Shown: positions 27,668 to 41,855 of the stretch, piece by piece
Layout of the letters: every line of letters starts with the position of its first letter
Position numbering within the stretch: the first letter of the stretch is position 1
Origin: Octopus vulgaris
Taxonomy: Eukaryota
Reading direction: 5' to 3'
Assembly (NCBI GenBank): GCA_951406725.2
Contig: OX597814.1
Span: 177,878,001 to 177,942,000, forward strand
DNA length: 64,000 nucleotides
Program-made: the position numbers and the translations under genes
The notes under the pieces: generated by a model
Told to the model about the DNA's origin: nothing
Databases searched by the model: none
Seen by the model: only the letters and a program-made list of their open reading frames with translations

Positions 27668-27864
27668 TTTATTATATAGAAGGAGCTTCTACAGGACTAG
27701 TACTGTTTCATTCAAGAGAAATCTTCAGGAAGCTTCCTGAAGATTTCTCTTGAATGAAACAGTACTAGTCCTGTAGAAGCTCCTTCTATATAATAAATTA
27801 ATTTTACTCTGCTATGTATTGAGTACCTTACTTACTGTGGTTAACCCCGAATCAACCCGGGACC

Positions 27865-27866
<2 letters not shown>
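27668..27866. mobile_element. 130-bp perfect palindrome (27668-27797) plus ~70-bp tail, with a type-I hammerhead in each arm (Penelope-like remnant)
   Basis: Centre aag|ctt at 27732/27733. Plus strand: agcttc CTGAAGA t-ttc-tctt-gaa-t GAAA cag-tactagtc-ctg TA gaagct. Confidence 0.75.
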
Positions 27867-27916
<50 letters not shown>

Positions 27917-29925
27917 TACACATGTATACGACGAGTTTCTTTCAGTTTTCGACTACCGAATCCACTCACAAGGCTTTGGTTGGCCCGAGGCTATAGTAGA
28001 AGACACTTGCCCAAGGTACCACGCAGTGAGACTGAACCCGGAGCTATGTGGTTGGTAAGCAAGCTACTTACGACACCACCACCCCTGCGCCTATAATATA
28101 TGCTGCATATTTATGATTAACACAAACTTTCGTTAACTGTGGTTAGACTCCAAACAGACGAATAGCTTAGAAGAATTAAGGAACTTTTTAAAAAATGATG
28201 ATGGAAATAGAATGAAAATAGGAAATGAAAGAGATGGGCAGTTTAATAGATATTTAGGAAAATTTCAAGTCTTATGAAAGTGTCGTAGGTGAGTAAGAGA
28301 GGAGACTTCTGAAAAATATATATATGATAAATGAATGTGAGAGATCTGTCTATTTTTCGCTATTCTTTATATTTCTATAAATCTTTTCCTGCTTTTGACA
28401 TTTTTCAATTTATCTACTTTCCGCAATCTGTCTCGTGATTATTATAGGAATGGAATGTACAGTTTCCTTCTGTCTTCACGTTCAAATGCAGCTGAAATCG
28501 AATTTGCCATTGGAGGTTGATAAAATGAGTACCAGTTGAGCACTAGGGTCGATGTAATTACACTTCTTCTCTCACCAAAATAGCTGGCCTTGTGTCAGAA
28601 TTCGAAACCATTATGTTTATTAAGGTGTAAGTAGCTTATACGTGCACTACGCGTTCTGAGCGTCAACGGAAAGTGACATACAGTTATATTTCTAGGTGAG
28701 AAGTTCAGCCTGCCTCAGGGGACGCCCTTATGTAGGTAGCATTTCTAGACCTTCTGTATAAGGCTTGCAGACTTTAGGAGGCGGTGAACTCAGGGGCTAC
28801 TCTGGACTACAAACTCTCTTGCTATGCCACTGGGGAAATGGCAAAGTTTTCCCAAATAACAATTTTAAAATTTGAGCCTAATAAAGAATGTAGTTCGATG
28901 CTAATTAACCGGTAGTCTCCATTCCATTATATGCATATACCTTACACTCAAATTTTTAGATATGGGGAATAATTTAGTATTATATTCCGTGTATACGAGC
29001 ATGTACACCCATGCTTGAGTATTCACGCTATCAGAGTCACAGCCTAAAGAAACTAAGTGAGCCAAGGCACAAAGTCTGCTTGTACGTTTATTGGTTTGTA
29101 ACACATACACACACAAACTGATGCATTTACAGGTATGCTTGAATCTATTCCATACTTACATAGCTCCTACTACCTTTTATCCGGAAATATACAATCCATC
29201 ATTCCGTAGTCTCATTATAGATGTTTCCGTAGACCTGAACTCCTGCTCTTATAAACCTTACCATAGGCCCGACGAGAAACTTTCTTATATACGTAAATTC
29301 ATAAATAGTCTTGTCACCCCACCCCTGTAGTATTTAAAGGCCTCGTAGTTAGTCACAAATTCTAACCTCTCTTCCTCTAAAGAAATTTTCGAGAAGGCAG
29401 CTCCCTACTACAACAGCGTCCTAGCCAATAGTGGCTTTAAGTGTAAATCAATATATAACCCCTCTAATATTAATCGGAATAATAATAGCAGGCCTAAAAA
29501 TAGCTTTGTTGCCAACTCCCTATTCCATTAATGTAAAACCTAATATCGATAAAAGATTCCTGTCTCTCATACACAAACATTTTCCAGAAAATGACAGAAA
29601 CAGGAAAATATTTAACAGGCGCGCAGTCAAATTAATATATAGCTCTTGCTTCAATATGAAAATCGTCATTAAATAAAAAGAACTGGAAGAGCCCACTCCT
29701 AGTTGAACTTGTTAGACCCAGGAACCTGTCCAGGAACCCGACCAGGGATGTATGATCAAATCCGTCATATATGTGACAGAAGTTATGCAGATTCTAACAA
29801 GGATTTGGAGTAGTTTGTTCTATTGGCGTAGGAACAAAATGCATATATTGTGTATTTGTAACCGATAATGCTTACATTACTAGGCTTGCTTTCAATTTGT
29901 AAGTTGAAATACATACATTCATACG

Positions 29926-30028
<103 letters not shown>

Positions 30029-30933
30029 GAAAGAAGGTTTGAAAATGCAATTTAAAAGATGTTTATTTACTTTACCGGTTTCACTCTTTGGAAAAAGATT
30101 GTCAAAAGTTGTTGCAAATTGCTACATTACATATATACAGTCTTTGGTAACAGGGATATGTTAAGGACATAACAAAGTTGAACAAGTTCCTTAAAATATT
30201 GGGCACAAAAGATTACATAAATAATCGTTCTCAAGGACATACTAAGATAGTTTCCAGAAGGAATTTATATTGGTATTGTATCTGTATATTCAAACATGCA
30301 CAGAATATGCACTAAATGCACTAGATGAAGCGCTAAATTTAAGAGCTCTGTTATTTATTCAAACATGTAGTTGAAAATTTAATATATGATTTCTTCAAGA
30401 CAATATTCATAACAAAAAAGAGTTTCACTCGAATTAAAATTGGTTGAAGTGATTAATCAGAGAAACATATTTAGAAGAATGGAAAAGGAACATCTTAATG
30501 TCATATCAAAATTTCATTATTATATTCTACAGCTGTTTCCACAGTTTAAATGCAAACATTAGCAGTCACATAATTATTATATAATTAATATATAATTAAT
30601 TAAAGTGAACGAAATTGTTTAGTTATTTCGACGAAATTAATTAATTGGGTATTAATTACTTAATGATCATATGTTTCTTACATGACATCTGTAGAACATA
30701 ATAACGAACGTTGAAATATTCGGACCACACACAGAAACACACCCACACAACACGCGCACGTTCGCGCAAATCACCTCAATAACGAACGCCCACAAAAATT
30801 TCAGGAGTAAACGAAAATGTTATATACTCTGAATTTGTTCCCAAAGCGTATAACAAAAAGCGAATGAAGAGATTCTATGTTCTGTTTTAATTAAATGGAA
30901 ACTCAGAGCATACACAGAGGTACATACCTCCGC

Positions 30934-31010
<77 letters not shown>

Positions 31011-31965
31011 GGGTCTTCCTATGATGCTGACATGCAGTGTCTGTGCAAGACCCTGCCTCAGTAGAGCTGGACCCAAGAGTCATTTTCGTAGTCATAAAGC
31101 GAGACAGATGAATGATAACTTGGCCACTGGTGGTGGTGTGACACACCATACTAATCATATCTGCCAGGCATGTGGAAGAGAGTGTAATTCGGCAGGAAGA
31201 ATTAAACAACATGCAAAGGTACATGAAGCCAAGTTACAACTACAGCCGGTTATTACCGGTAATGTTCTTAGCTGCCAGTTCTGTACAAGACATTGTAGAT
31301 CTTTAGCTGGGCTAAAAAGTCACATTCGATTACAGCACCAATAACACTTAAGCTTCGTGCAATGGCCATACTCAATAACGAGTGGGCAACCATTATATGT
31401 TTATATATAAATTTGTTTTTTTTTTAGAATGACATAAAAAACCAAGGGTGTGAAGATTTTAGAAGCTGTAAGTCCTATTTATAAAAAATCTAAAATGTTC
31501 ACAGCCTTGGCTGCAAAGTAAAAAAGAATTACACAGCCATGTTTACATACATTTAAGCGCAGGCGTGTGTGTATAGTAAGACGCTTGCTTTTCAATCACA
31601 TGGTTCCAGGTTAAGTCCCACTGCGTTGTATCTTGAGGAAGTGTAATCTGCTATTGCCTCGAGCAGACCAAAACCTTGTGAGTGGATTTAGTTGACAGAA
31701 AGTGAAAGAAGCCTGTCGTACACACACACTCATATATGTGTATGTGTGTATGTGTGCGTGTGCATATATGTGTGTGTCTGTGTGTGTATATGCATGTGAC
31801 TGTGTGTGTATATGTGTGTGTATGTGTGTGTATGCGTATATTATTAAAGGAGGGAAATTGCCTTCTATCCGATATCTGATGAGGAGTTGGTGACCGTGCA
31901 TGTCTGCTGTCCGTTTGTGCATTTATTATATATTCTTTACTTTATATATGTACATATATACATGA

Positions 31966-32350
31966 CTAGCAGTATCGCCCGGCGTTGCTCGGGTTTGTAA
32001 GGGAAATAACTATAAAGCATTTTTAGAGAGTTATAGCCAAAAGATAGCAAAAAAATGGGAAAAAATTATGGTAAATTTTTTTTTTTAGAGTTAAAAAGGT
32101 CGAGTTGCGTCCCCTAGACAGTCTGTGGTTTGTGTTTCTGATTCTCGACCCCATGTCGAATTTATCGGTTTTTTTCACAACTGGGGGAACTTTTCAAAAT
32201 TTTCGCTGCGTTAGTTTTGAATTATGACATTGGGCTATGTGTGTGTCAAGTTTCATCAGAATCGGTTGAAAGCCGTGGTCAGGGTGAGGGTACAACCTAA
32301 CAGACACACAGACACGCACACAGACAAACTGCCGTTTATATATAGAGAGA
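31966..32350 (-). mobile_element. Non-autonomous Helitron (duplicate of 20037-20420)
   Basis: Near-identical to 20037-20420. Confidence 0.8.
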
Positions 32351-32388
32351 TGAGTGTCTGAGTATGTGTGTTTGTATGTCTGTACCTA

Positions 32389-32451
<63 letters not shown>

Positions 32452-32782
32452 GTATATGTATGTCCCTTTGTGTCAATGTTTGTCCACCACTGCCGCTTGA
32501 CAACCAATGTGTTTGTGTGCTTACGTCCTTGTAAATTAGTAGCTCGGCGAAAGACCGATAGAATAACTAACATCTTTAAAAATAAACAACACAAGTTGTG
32601 GGGTCCATTTCTTCGACTAAAACTCTTCCGGGTGGTGCCCCGCGATGGCCGCAGTCAAATTACTAAAATACGTAAAAGATAGAAGATAGAGGAAAAAGTC
32701 ACACACACACACACATATGTATATATACATAGATGCATACACACACGCACATACACATACAAATGCATATACACACAAACTC

Positions 32783-32817
<35 letters not shown>

Positions 32818-35800
32818 GGCTTGCACATATATGTGTTTATATAATATATATATATATGTCTTCATATGTATACATGTATACACACATAAATATATTCATA
32901 CACATACACATTTACACAGGTGCATATTACGTTTCTTGGGATGAACATTATCGATGTATCGCTACATTACCTTTCCTCTTCCAATCAACTTCCCCCTAGT
33001 GACCGTGCCAAATATTTGGACACAATCGCCGCCAAGAAAGATGGCAGAGTCGTAACTTCGAGAAAATGAATGTACATACATAATAATGCCTTAAATATGT
33101 ATATAGTGTACTGGAAACTTTTTCAGCGTCAATAATCAACAAAGTACGTATACTTGTATACGCTGAAACAAAGAAACGTATCCGTATGTATATCTACACA
33201 TGTATGATTTTACATAAGCGTGTTGTTTATCTGAAGTATAAGTATATAAGTTTATCTGAAGTATAAGTATAAGTATAAGTATATAAGCAGGGTGGAGGGT
33301 GTTTATAAGCTGTTTAAAAACACACAGAACCCATCATAAAATTCACAGCAACATTTAAATTTAATTTGCGAAAATATTTTCGTCGCTTTGAAACCGAGAC
33401 ATCTTCACTGACAAAATTTCGGGCTGCATCAGAATTTTGTCAGTGAACTGGTCGCCGTTTCAAAGCGATGAAAATATTTTGACAAATTTAAAAGTTGAAT
33501 TGGATTAATGGTTTTTGTGCGTTTATAAATTGATTCTAAACACCTTCCACGCTGCAATTGATTTTGTTTCAGCACACGATCTCACATGAGATCATTTGCT
33601 ATGCAAGTACATTTCCCTAACATGTATATAGTCGAAAGACACCTGTTGTCATGTTGTTATGTCCTGTTATTATTTTTATTGTATTTTTTTTATTGTATTT
33701 ATATTTGTGTAACGTTGTCCTTTTTTTCCGTCCGTGTTTTTGTATACATTCAAGTTTATTCAGCTGTAGAAATGAATTACGGCGTTATTGGTGCTAAGAT
33801 GTATTAGTATTTGCCTTTCCCATGGATATCGTCGGTAGCATGGAGAGGAGAACCTGGTATGCTTAGGTAATTGCTGGTCTTCCTTGCCTGAACTTCTACT
33901 ATATGGCTCAGAAACCTGGACGTTATCGAAGAAGCTTGAGAGGCGGTTGGATGGAACCTACACTCGCCTCCTTATGAGAGCTCAAAATCTATCGTGGAAG
34001 CGCCATCCAACCAAAATGCAAATATATGGGAAACTGCCACCTGTGTCATCTCTTGTGAAAGGTAGGAGAGTCCAGTTTGCTGGACATTGTTGTAGAGCTG
34101 AAAAAGAAGTAATTTCTACTCTTCTCCTCTGGAAGCCCATCTACTCGCAATACCAGAGGGCGCACATTCTCCTACACTGATGTAATTTCCAGGGATACAA
34201 GCATCCAGCAACAGGACCTCCGTAATGCCATGATGGACCGTGAAGTCTGGCGTAGCATGGTAAATTCCATTGTCTCGACCACGGTCGAACAATGATGGTG
34301 ATGATGATTGCCTGGACTTGTGCTTCGGAAGGGAACTTTGTGGGTGTGATCCTATGGTAATTCATGACCCAACAGAGTCCTTTATCTTTCATCTAGTTAT
34401 GAATTATATACATATGTAAAAATATGAATTTCTTCAATCCACTAAACTCAAATGCAGAATACCTGAGACGCAGTGCGTGTTTGCTTGTGTGTATCTGCGT
34501 GTGTGTATTCATGTATATATATATTTCTTTACTACCCACAAGGGGCTAAACATAGAGGGGACAAACAAAGACAGACAAAGGGATTAAGTGGATTACATCG
34601 ATCGACCCCAGTGCGTAACTGGTACTTTATTTATCGACCCCGAAGGGATGAAAGTTAAAGTCGACCTCGGCGGAATTTGAACTCAGAACGTAACGGCAGA
34701 CGAAATACAGCTACGCATTTCGCCCGGCGTGCTAACGATTCTGCCAGCTCGCCGCCTTGTATATATATTGCCTTCATGTATATATATTGCCCCATATATG
34801 CATGTATGATTGTTTGCACTTATGTATTTATATAATCATGAGTATAAGTTTGTAAATGCGCACATATACATGTGTGCACGATATACATAATTTCACGTAT
34901 GAATATATACGTATACATAAATTTGCATATCATCACCTTTATAAACAAGCGTATTAAATATTTTACACATTTACACAGTCTCGAATGGTTTGTATCTGCA
35001 AACGCTAAATTAGCCGTGTTTTTCTTGGTTCTGTGATACTTACGTTTCTCAAGAATGGGGCTGATACTCTTAATTACGCATTGTTAATTACACATGGTTA
35101 ATTACGCATTGTAATGGATTGAAGGACGCGTTCAATGGATTGAAGGACGCGTTCATGTATATATGAATCTATGTGTGTGTGACTGTATATGTTTGTATAC
35201 AAATAATAATTTGTTTTAAATGTAAGTTTTATAGCCGAGTGGCTGTGGGGTAAATAGCTTGCTTACCAACCACATGGTTCCGGGTTCAGTCCTACTGCGT
35301 GGCATCTTGGGCAGGTGTCTTCTATTATAGCCTGGGTCGACCAAAGCCTTGTGAGTGGATTTGGTAGACGGAAACTGAAACAAGCCCGTCGTATATATGT
35401 ATATATATATGTGTTTGTGTGTCTCTGTTTGTCCCACCCCCAGCATCGCTTGACAACCGATGCTGGTGAGTTTACGTCCTCGTAACCTAGCGGTTCAGCA
35501 AAGGAGACCGATAGAATAAGTACTAGGCTTACAAAGAATAAGTTCTGGGGTCGATTTGCTAGGACTAAAGGCGGTGCTCCAGCATGGCCGCAGTCAAATG
35601 ACTGAAACAAGTAAAAGAGTAAAGAGTATGTAAATATTTGTAAATTTTATGTTTAAATATATAACGATTGATATATGCTCTTATTTATATTACGTGTAAA
35701 TTAATACTTTCTTAATTCAAGAGCTTATGCATTTTCTCTGTGAGAATTTGGGAGATCTCAAATAAGAGATTGGATTATAAATGTATATGATGGATGTCAC

Positions 35801-36600
35801 GTTTTACTTTTGCTCTCAAGATCTCAAGAGTTAATCATACAACATAGCTGTTAGCAAAATGTTTTGAGGCTTCGAGATACTTGAATTAATTTATGTAAAA
35901 AAATCCACGTACATGCTTCTCTCTTACGCATGCACAGATGCAATGCACCCACAAAAACATACGCAAAAAAAGAAGAAAGAGAGAGAGAGAAAAAATCCAG
36001 TTCTATTTATGTATGTATTGTAATTAATAAAACAGTAAATATACATAAGTTAATAAAAATATCCGTGTGTCTGTGTGTGTGCATAAAAATACAGTTGTCT
36101 GTAAGTGTCTGTGTGTGCAAGTGTGAATGTGGGTATTTATGCATAACTGCGTAATACTTATACAGTGATAATTCACTCCGAATTTGCTATATGACGTGTA
36201 AACAACTTTTTCGTGATATATTAATCATGTTTTAATATAATCATTCTGATTTTGCAAATAGAAAAACCGCACAGGGCAAATATTCAGAACGTCTATAGAT
36301 ATACCTATATGCCTACACCTTTTCATATGTGCGTTCATGGTTACATACCGATAATCATCGATATGTAAGTGTGTCACTATATAGAGTAGGCTTGCGCTAA
36401 ATATTAATAATCATCTAAATGCAACAGGATGGAAATAAATTTGAATAATCATATTTGCATTCTGATTATTTTTCACTCACCAGATTGAAATATATATTCA
36501 CCTCCCTTCGTGTTACGCATAAACAGACAGCCCACATACATAAGTCTATGTGAGCGCAAACGCACGTACGCAGGCACAATCACAGACCAGCACACGCACA

Positions 36601-36699
<99 letters not shown>

Positions 36700-38149
36700 T
36701 TCGAGTCAGTGACGTGTCCACAACAGGTATTTTGTCTCCAGACGGATACATCATTTATTACTTCTTGGCGTGACAATTTCGCAATTTTTAGAATCCTGAA
36801 ATTATCTCCCCTATTGCTTTAAGGTCGGTATCACTTTGTACCAACCGATAGTATTACACACTCTGGAAGCGGAGGCTAAGAATTTCTCTTGTATGATATT
36901 CAATAGACCCTTGTTCGACGTTGCTGTTCTAATACGTGCTACTGGTTAATCTGGATTGTGACGCTTACCTCATTTTCATTATACATACATACATATTATA
37001 TAACGTAACTTATTATATAACGTAACGTATTATATAACGTATTATGTGTTCCCCGTTACAGATGTTTCATTTACTAACAGGAATCACAAAGTTACATATA
37101 TTTATACATAATTCTTTAGTCAGAGAATCAAATATTACCTGTATTTTTTTATTCCATGTCTGAAGAATTTCTAATAGAAAATTTCTTACATTCTTTTATT
37201 CTTTTACTTGACTGTAGCCATGCTTGAGCATTGCCTTTAGTCGAACAAATCGACCCCAGGACCTATTCTTCGTAAGCTTAGTACTTATTCTATTAGTGTC
37301 TTTGGCCAAACCACTATGCTACGGGGACGTAAACACACCAGCATCAGCATCAAGCGATGGTGGCGGGGACAAACACAGGCACACATATACATACATATAA
37401 AATAAGTAACTTTATTAGATGTAACTTTCTCTGCGTATGGGGGAAGCACTCCGTCGGTTACGACGACGAGGGTTCCGGTTGATCCGAATCAACGGAACAG
37501 CCTGCTCGTGAAATTAACGTGTAAGTGGCTGAGCACTCCACAGACACGTGCACCCTTAACGTAGTTCTCGGGGATATTCAGCGTGACACAGAGAGTGACA
37601 AGGCCGGCCCTTTGAAATACAGGTACAACAGAAACAGGAAGTAAGAGTGAGAGAAATTTGTGGTGAAAGAGTACAGCAGGGATCACCACCATCCCCTACT
37701 GGAGCCTCGTGGAGCTTTAGGTGTTTTCGCTCAATAAACACTCACAACGCCCGGTCTGGGAATCGAAACCGCGATCCTACGACCGCGAGTCCGCTGCCCT
37801 AACCACTGGGCCATTACGCCTCCTCTCTGCGTATACTATACCATTAGACTTTCTTGCAAGGGAAGTTGCGAATCTATTGGTAAAATCCCAAATTTGTAAT
37901 AATATTATAAAAGATACATTTTACATTTCATTAGAAAAGCGTAAAATAGTAAATGTCCTAATAACCCGGAATACGAAGACCTCTTGTATTTTTTCTATAC
38001 AAATGCGTATGTCTGCATCTCTCTCTTTCTTTCTTTCATTCATTCATTCATTCATTCATTCATTCATTCATTCAGTCATTCATTCTTTCTTTCTTTCTTT
38101 CTTTCCTTCGCTCTCTCTTTCTCTTCTGCACACACATCTACACATACAC

Positions 38150-38454
38150 ATATATTAATCAATGAAATTCCAACTTAATTTGATTTTCACCTTTTATAAT
38201 TTGTAATTTTTACAATTTTACAACCTGACAACTTTACAATTTTACAATATTGAAAAAAACAAAACAAACTAGTACTTTCATGCATTATGCAATCATCAGG
38301 TTTAAGTTGTGACAGTCGTGTTCCACAAATCTGGAGCACGGCTGTTACAGCACAAACCTGATGATTGTAAAATTGTTAAATTGTAAAATATTAAAAATTG
38401 CAAATATTAAAATGTGAAAAACAGACTAAGTTGTTATTTAATTGATTAATATAT
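38150..38454. repeat. Foldback/MITE-like imperfect inverted repeat
   Basis: Ends atatattaatcaat/attgattaatatat; inner stem caatcatcaggttt..gtgttcca / tggagcac..aaacctgatgattg; internal ttttacaa repeats. Confidence 0.75.
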
Positions 38455-38484
38455 TCTTCAAGCAACTCTTTTATGTATATGTAT

Positions 38485-38566
<82 letters not shown>

Positions 38567-38598
38567 GTCTACACATACACACACACACATATATATAT

Positions 38599-38975
38599 AG
38601 GCGCAGGAGTGGCTGTGTGGTAAGTAGCTTGCTTGCCAACCACATAGTCACGGGTTCAGTCCCACTACGTGGCACCAAGAACAAGTGTCTTCTGCTATAG
38701 CCACAGGCCGACCAAAGCCTTGTGAGTGGATTTCGTAGACTGAAACTGAAAGAAGTTAATATATATACATATGTTTGTATGTCTGTGTTTCTCCCCCAAC
38801 ATCGCTTGACAACCGATGCTGGTGTGTTTGCGTCCCCGTAACATAGCGGTTCGATGAAAGACACCTATAGATACTGGGCTTACAAAGAATAAGTCCTGGT
38901 GTCGATTTGTTCGACTAAAGGCGGTGCTCCAGCATGGGCGTAGTCAAATGACAGAAACAAATAAATGAATAAAGG
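38599..38975 (+). mobile_element. SINE family A, full-length
   Basis: ggcgcaggagtggctgtgtggtaag...tail. Confidence 0.88.
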
Positions 38976-39601
38976 AATAAAAAAATATATACACATATAT
39001 ATATATATATATGTATCGGTATATATATGTATTTATACGTGTATATATATATATACACATATATACATACATGCATATTTATATATATATATATATATAT
39101 ATAAACACACACATATATATATATATATAAACATATATATATATATATATACATGCACACACACATTCCTACTACACATGAATATTTAGAATTCAATGAG
39201 CTGAGTGAAAAACGAATGGAGCAGATGCATAATGCTTCGTGCTTCATTATTTTGCCCATATTTACCTGTGTACACAAATATATGTTTCATATAAGTGTTT
39301 GCAACAAGGTTAACAATACTAAGCGTTTATGGAGTATAAAGTTATCATTATTGAAAGCTTCCTACACCTTGAGTGCTATGTATTTCACGCAAGAAATGCG
39401 TTCATCAGATGTCGCATCAAATTCTTACTTCAATTGTCATTTGATGTACGCGCGTCTCCTACTTGAAAATTCATATTTTGGAATAACATTCGAATTTAGG
39501 CTTAACGTATATATGGAAATGTATATGTAATCATATATACATATATATATATATATATATCACCGCTACTACCACCACCATCATTACTACTACTACTGCT
39601 G

Positions 39602-39669
<68 letters not shown>

Positions 39670-39686
39670 GTATATATACAGACATA

Positions 39687-39918
39687 AGACGGCGAGCTGG
39701 CAGAAACGTTAGCACGCCGGGCGAAATGCTTAGCAGTATTTCGTCTGCCGCTACGTTCTGAGTTCAAATTCCGCCGAGGTCGACTTTGCCTTTGATCCTT
39801 TCGGGGTCGATAAATCAAGTACCAGTTACGCACTGGGGTCGATTTAATCTACTTAATTCGCTTGTCTGTCCTTGTTTGTCCCCTCTGTGTGTAGCCCTTT
39901 GTGGGTAATAAAGAAACA
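39687..39918 (+). mobile_element. SINE family B
   Basis: ggcgagctggcagaaacgttagc...gagttcaaattccgcc...gtgggtaataaagaaac. Confidence 0.88.
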
Positions 39919-40059
39919 TATATACAGACATATATGTGTGTGTGTTTGTATAATCGAATACAAGGAAGTAAACTCCTCTTATGGGGATGGAAACATCCGA
40001 CTTTCACTGGTTTGACTGGTTTACTGACCAATATAGTAGAACATTTCTACAATACAAGT

Positions 40060-40108
<49 letters not shown>

Positions 40109-40235
40109 ATACAAATAATAAAATGAAAATGGAGTGCTCAAACAGACATATGTTAATTTATGTACATGATACTATATTATAATATATTATGTTAATAAAT
40201 TAACATATATCTGTTTGAACACTTCATTTTCATTT

Positions 40236-40480
<245 letters not shown>

Positions 40481-41855
40481 TGTAGTAGTAGTAGTAGACT
40501 CGTGATTGTTTTATATATCAGTTATTACTGCCGTCACTAACGAAACGTTAACGCCAGCTGTAGTTATGTAATGCATGACGTTTTTCTAGATCCTAACAAT
40601 TCATTGCAGGTGGATAACCGTCCAACTGCTAGCGTAACTGGTTACTGATCTTGAGTCACTATATCCGTCTTAAGTGTATGGATTACATACTGAAAAGAAA
40701 AGCAGTTATGGGGGCTTCTATATACACACAGCAATGGCGGATTCTGGCAAAGTAATTTACCATGGAATTATATTATTTTTTCAAACATTTTAGCCCAAAT
40801 TTATGTCAATAACTTTTAACAACACCTTTATTATACGATTTTAAATAGTACGTCTATCATTCGATTTAATACTCGGAAATTCATCCTTTTCTCTGATGAG
40901 TGGATGTACTTCCAAATAATGGTTATCAACTTTGGATTTCATTTCGAAAGGTAATATATTCATGAAACGCTCGTAAGATCTCTAAAATCTTTTAAAATTA
41001 TCACAGTTATACATTATGTATTTAATTATGAATACAATATTATTTATATTATGGACGTATCTCTACTGTGATATTTATGATATATTTTTTCCTTTTTCTT
41101 TAGTTTCTAATATATAATGGCTCTCATTGTTTCTCCAAATAACTTTAAGATTTTAGACATTTTGCATATCAAGAGCACTTATTTGAAATCCAGCACGCTT
41201 TATCTTCTCCTGTCAGCATGGGTGTATACATTTCCGCTTCTCTTACAACGTTAAGAATATTTCAACTCTTATTTCTAGCAATATAAGTGCTCCAGGACAC
41301 TCAGTGACGATTGAATTTTTTCTTTTATGGTGTCACATTGTGCCTAGCGTGTTCGTTTCTGTTTTGCATATGTTAATTTATAATTGATCTTCAATATAAA
41401 TGAAGCCCTATCCTTCAATATGTGGCTTTTCTTCACACGATCTGAGAAGTGAATTACGGAACTTATTTTTAATGACTTATACGGATTTATCACCCCAATA
41501 GACACATCTGCACCTACGGATGCTCCTGAACCAGTTGTTAAGTATCCCGCTTGTGAGAGATCGATGCTAGATGGGTCAAAACAATTGTAGTGACAAATAA
41601 AAATTCTCGTATCTTTCTTCCATCTTCCGTCTCTCATTTGCCATAAACATATTTGTGTGATGTGTGTGAAATGTGTATATATATATACACATATGTTTAA
41701 ATGTGTGTATCTCTCTCTCTCGCTCTCTCTCTCTATATATATATATACATATATACATATATAGATATAACTTAGAATAACTTAGAAAGGTTTTTGGCCA
41801 GTATTGGCCCAGGCCATGTCTAACTTAATAGCACCACCTGGCGAAGTCTTTCAGT

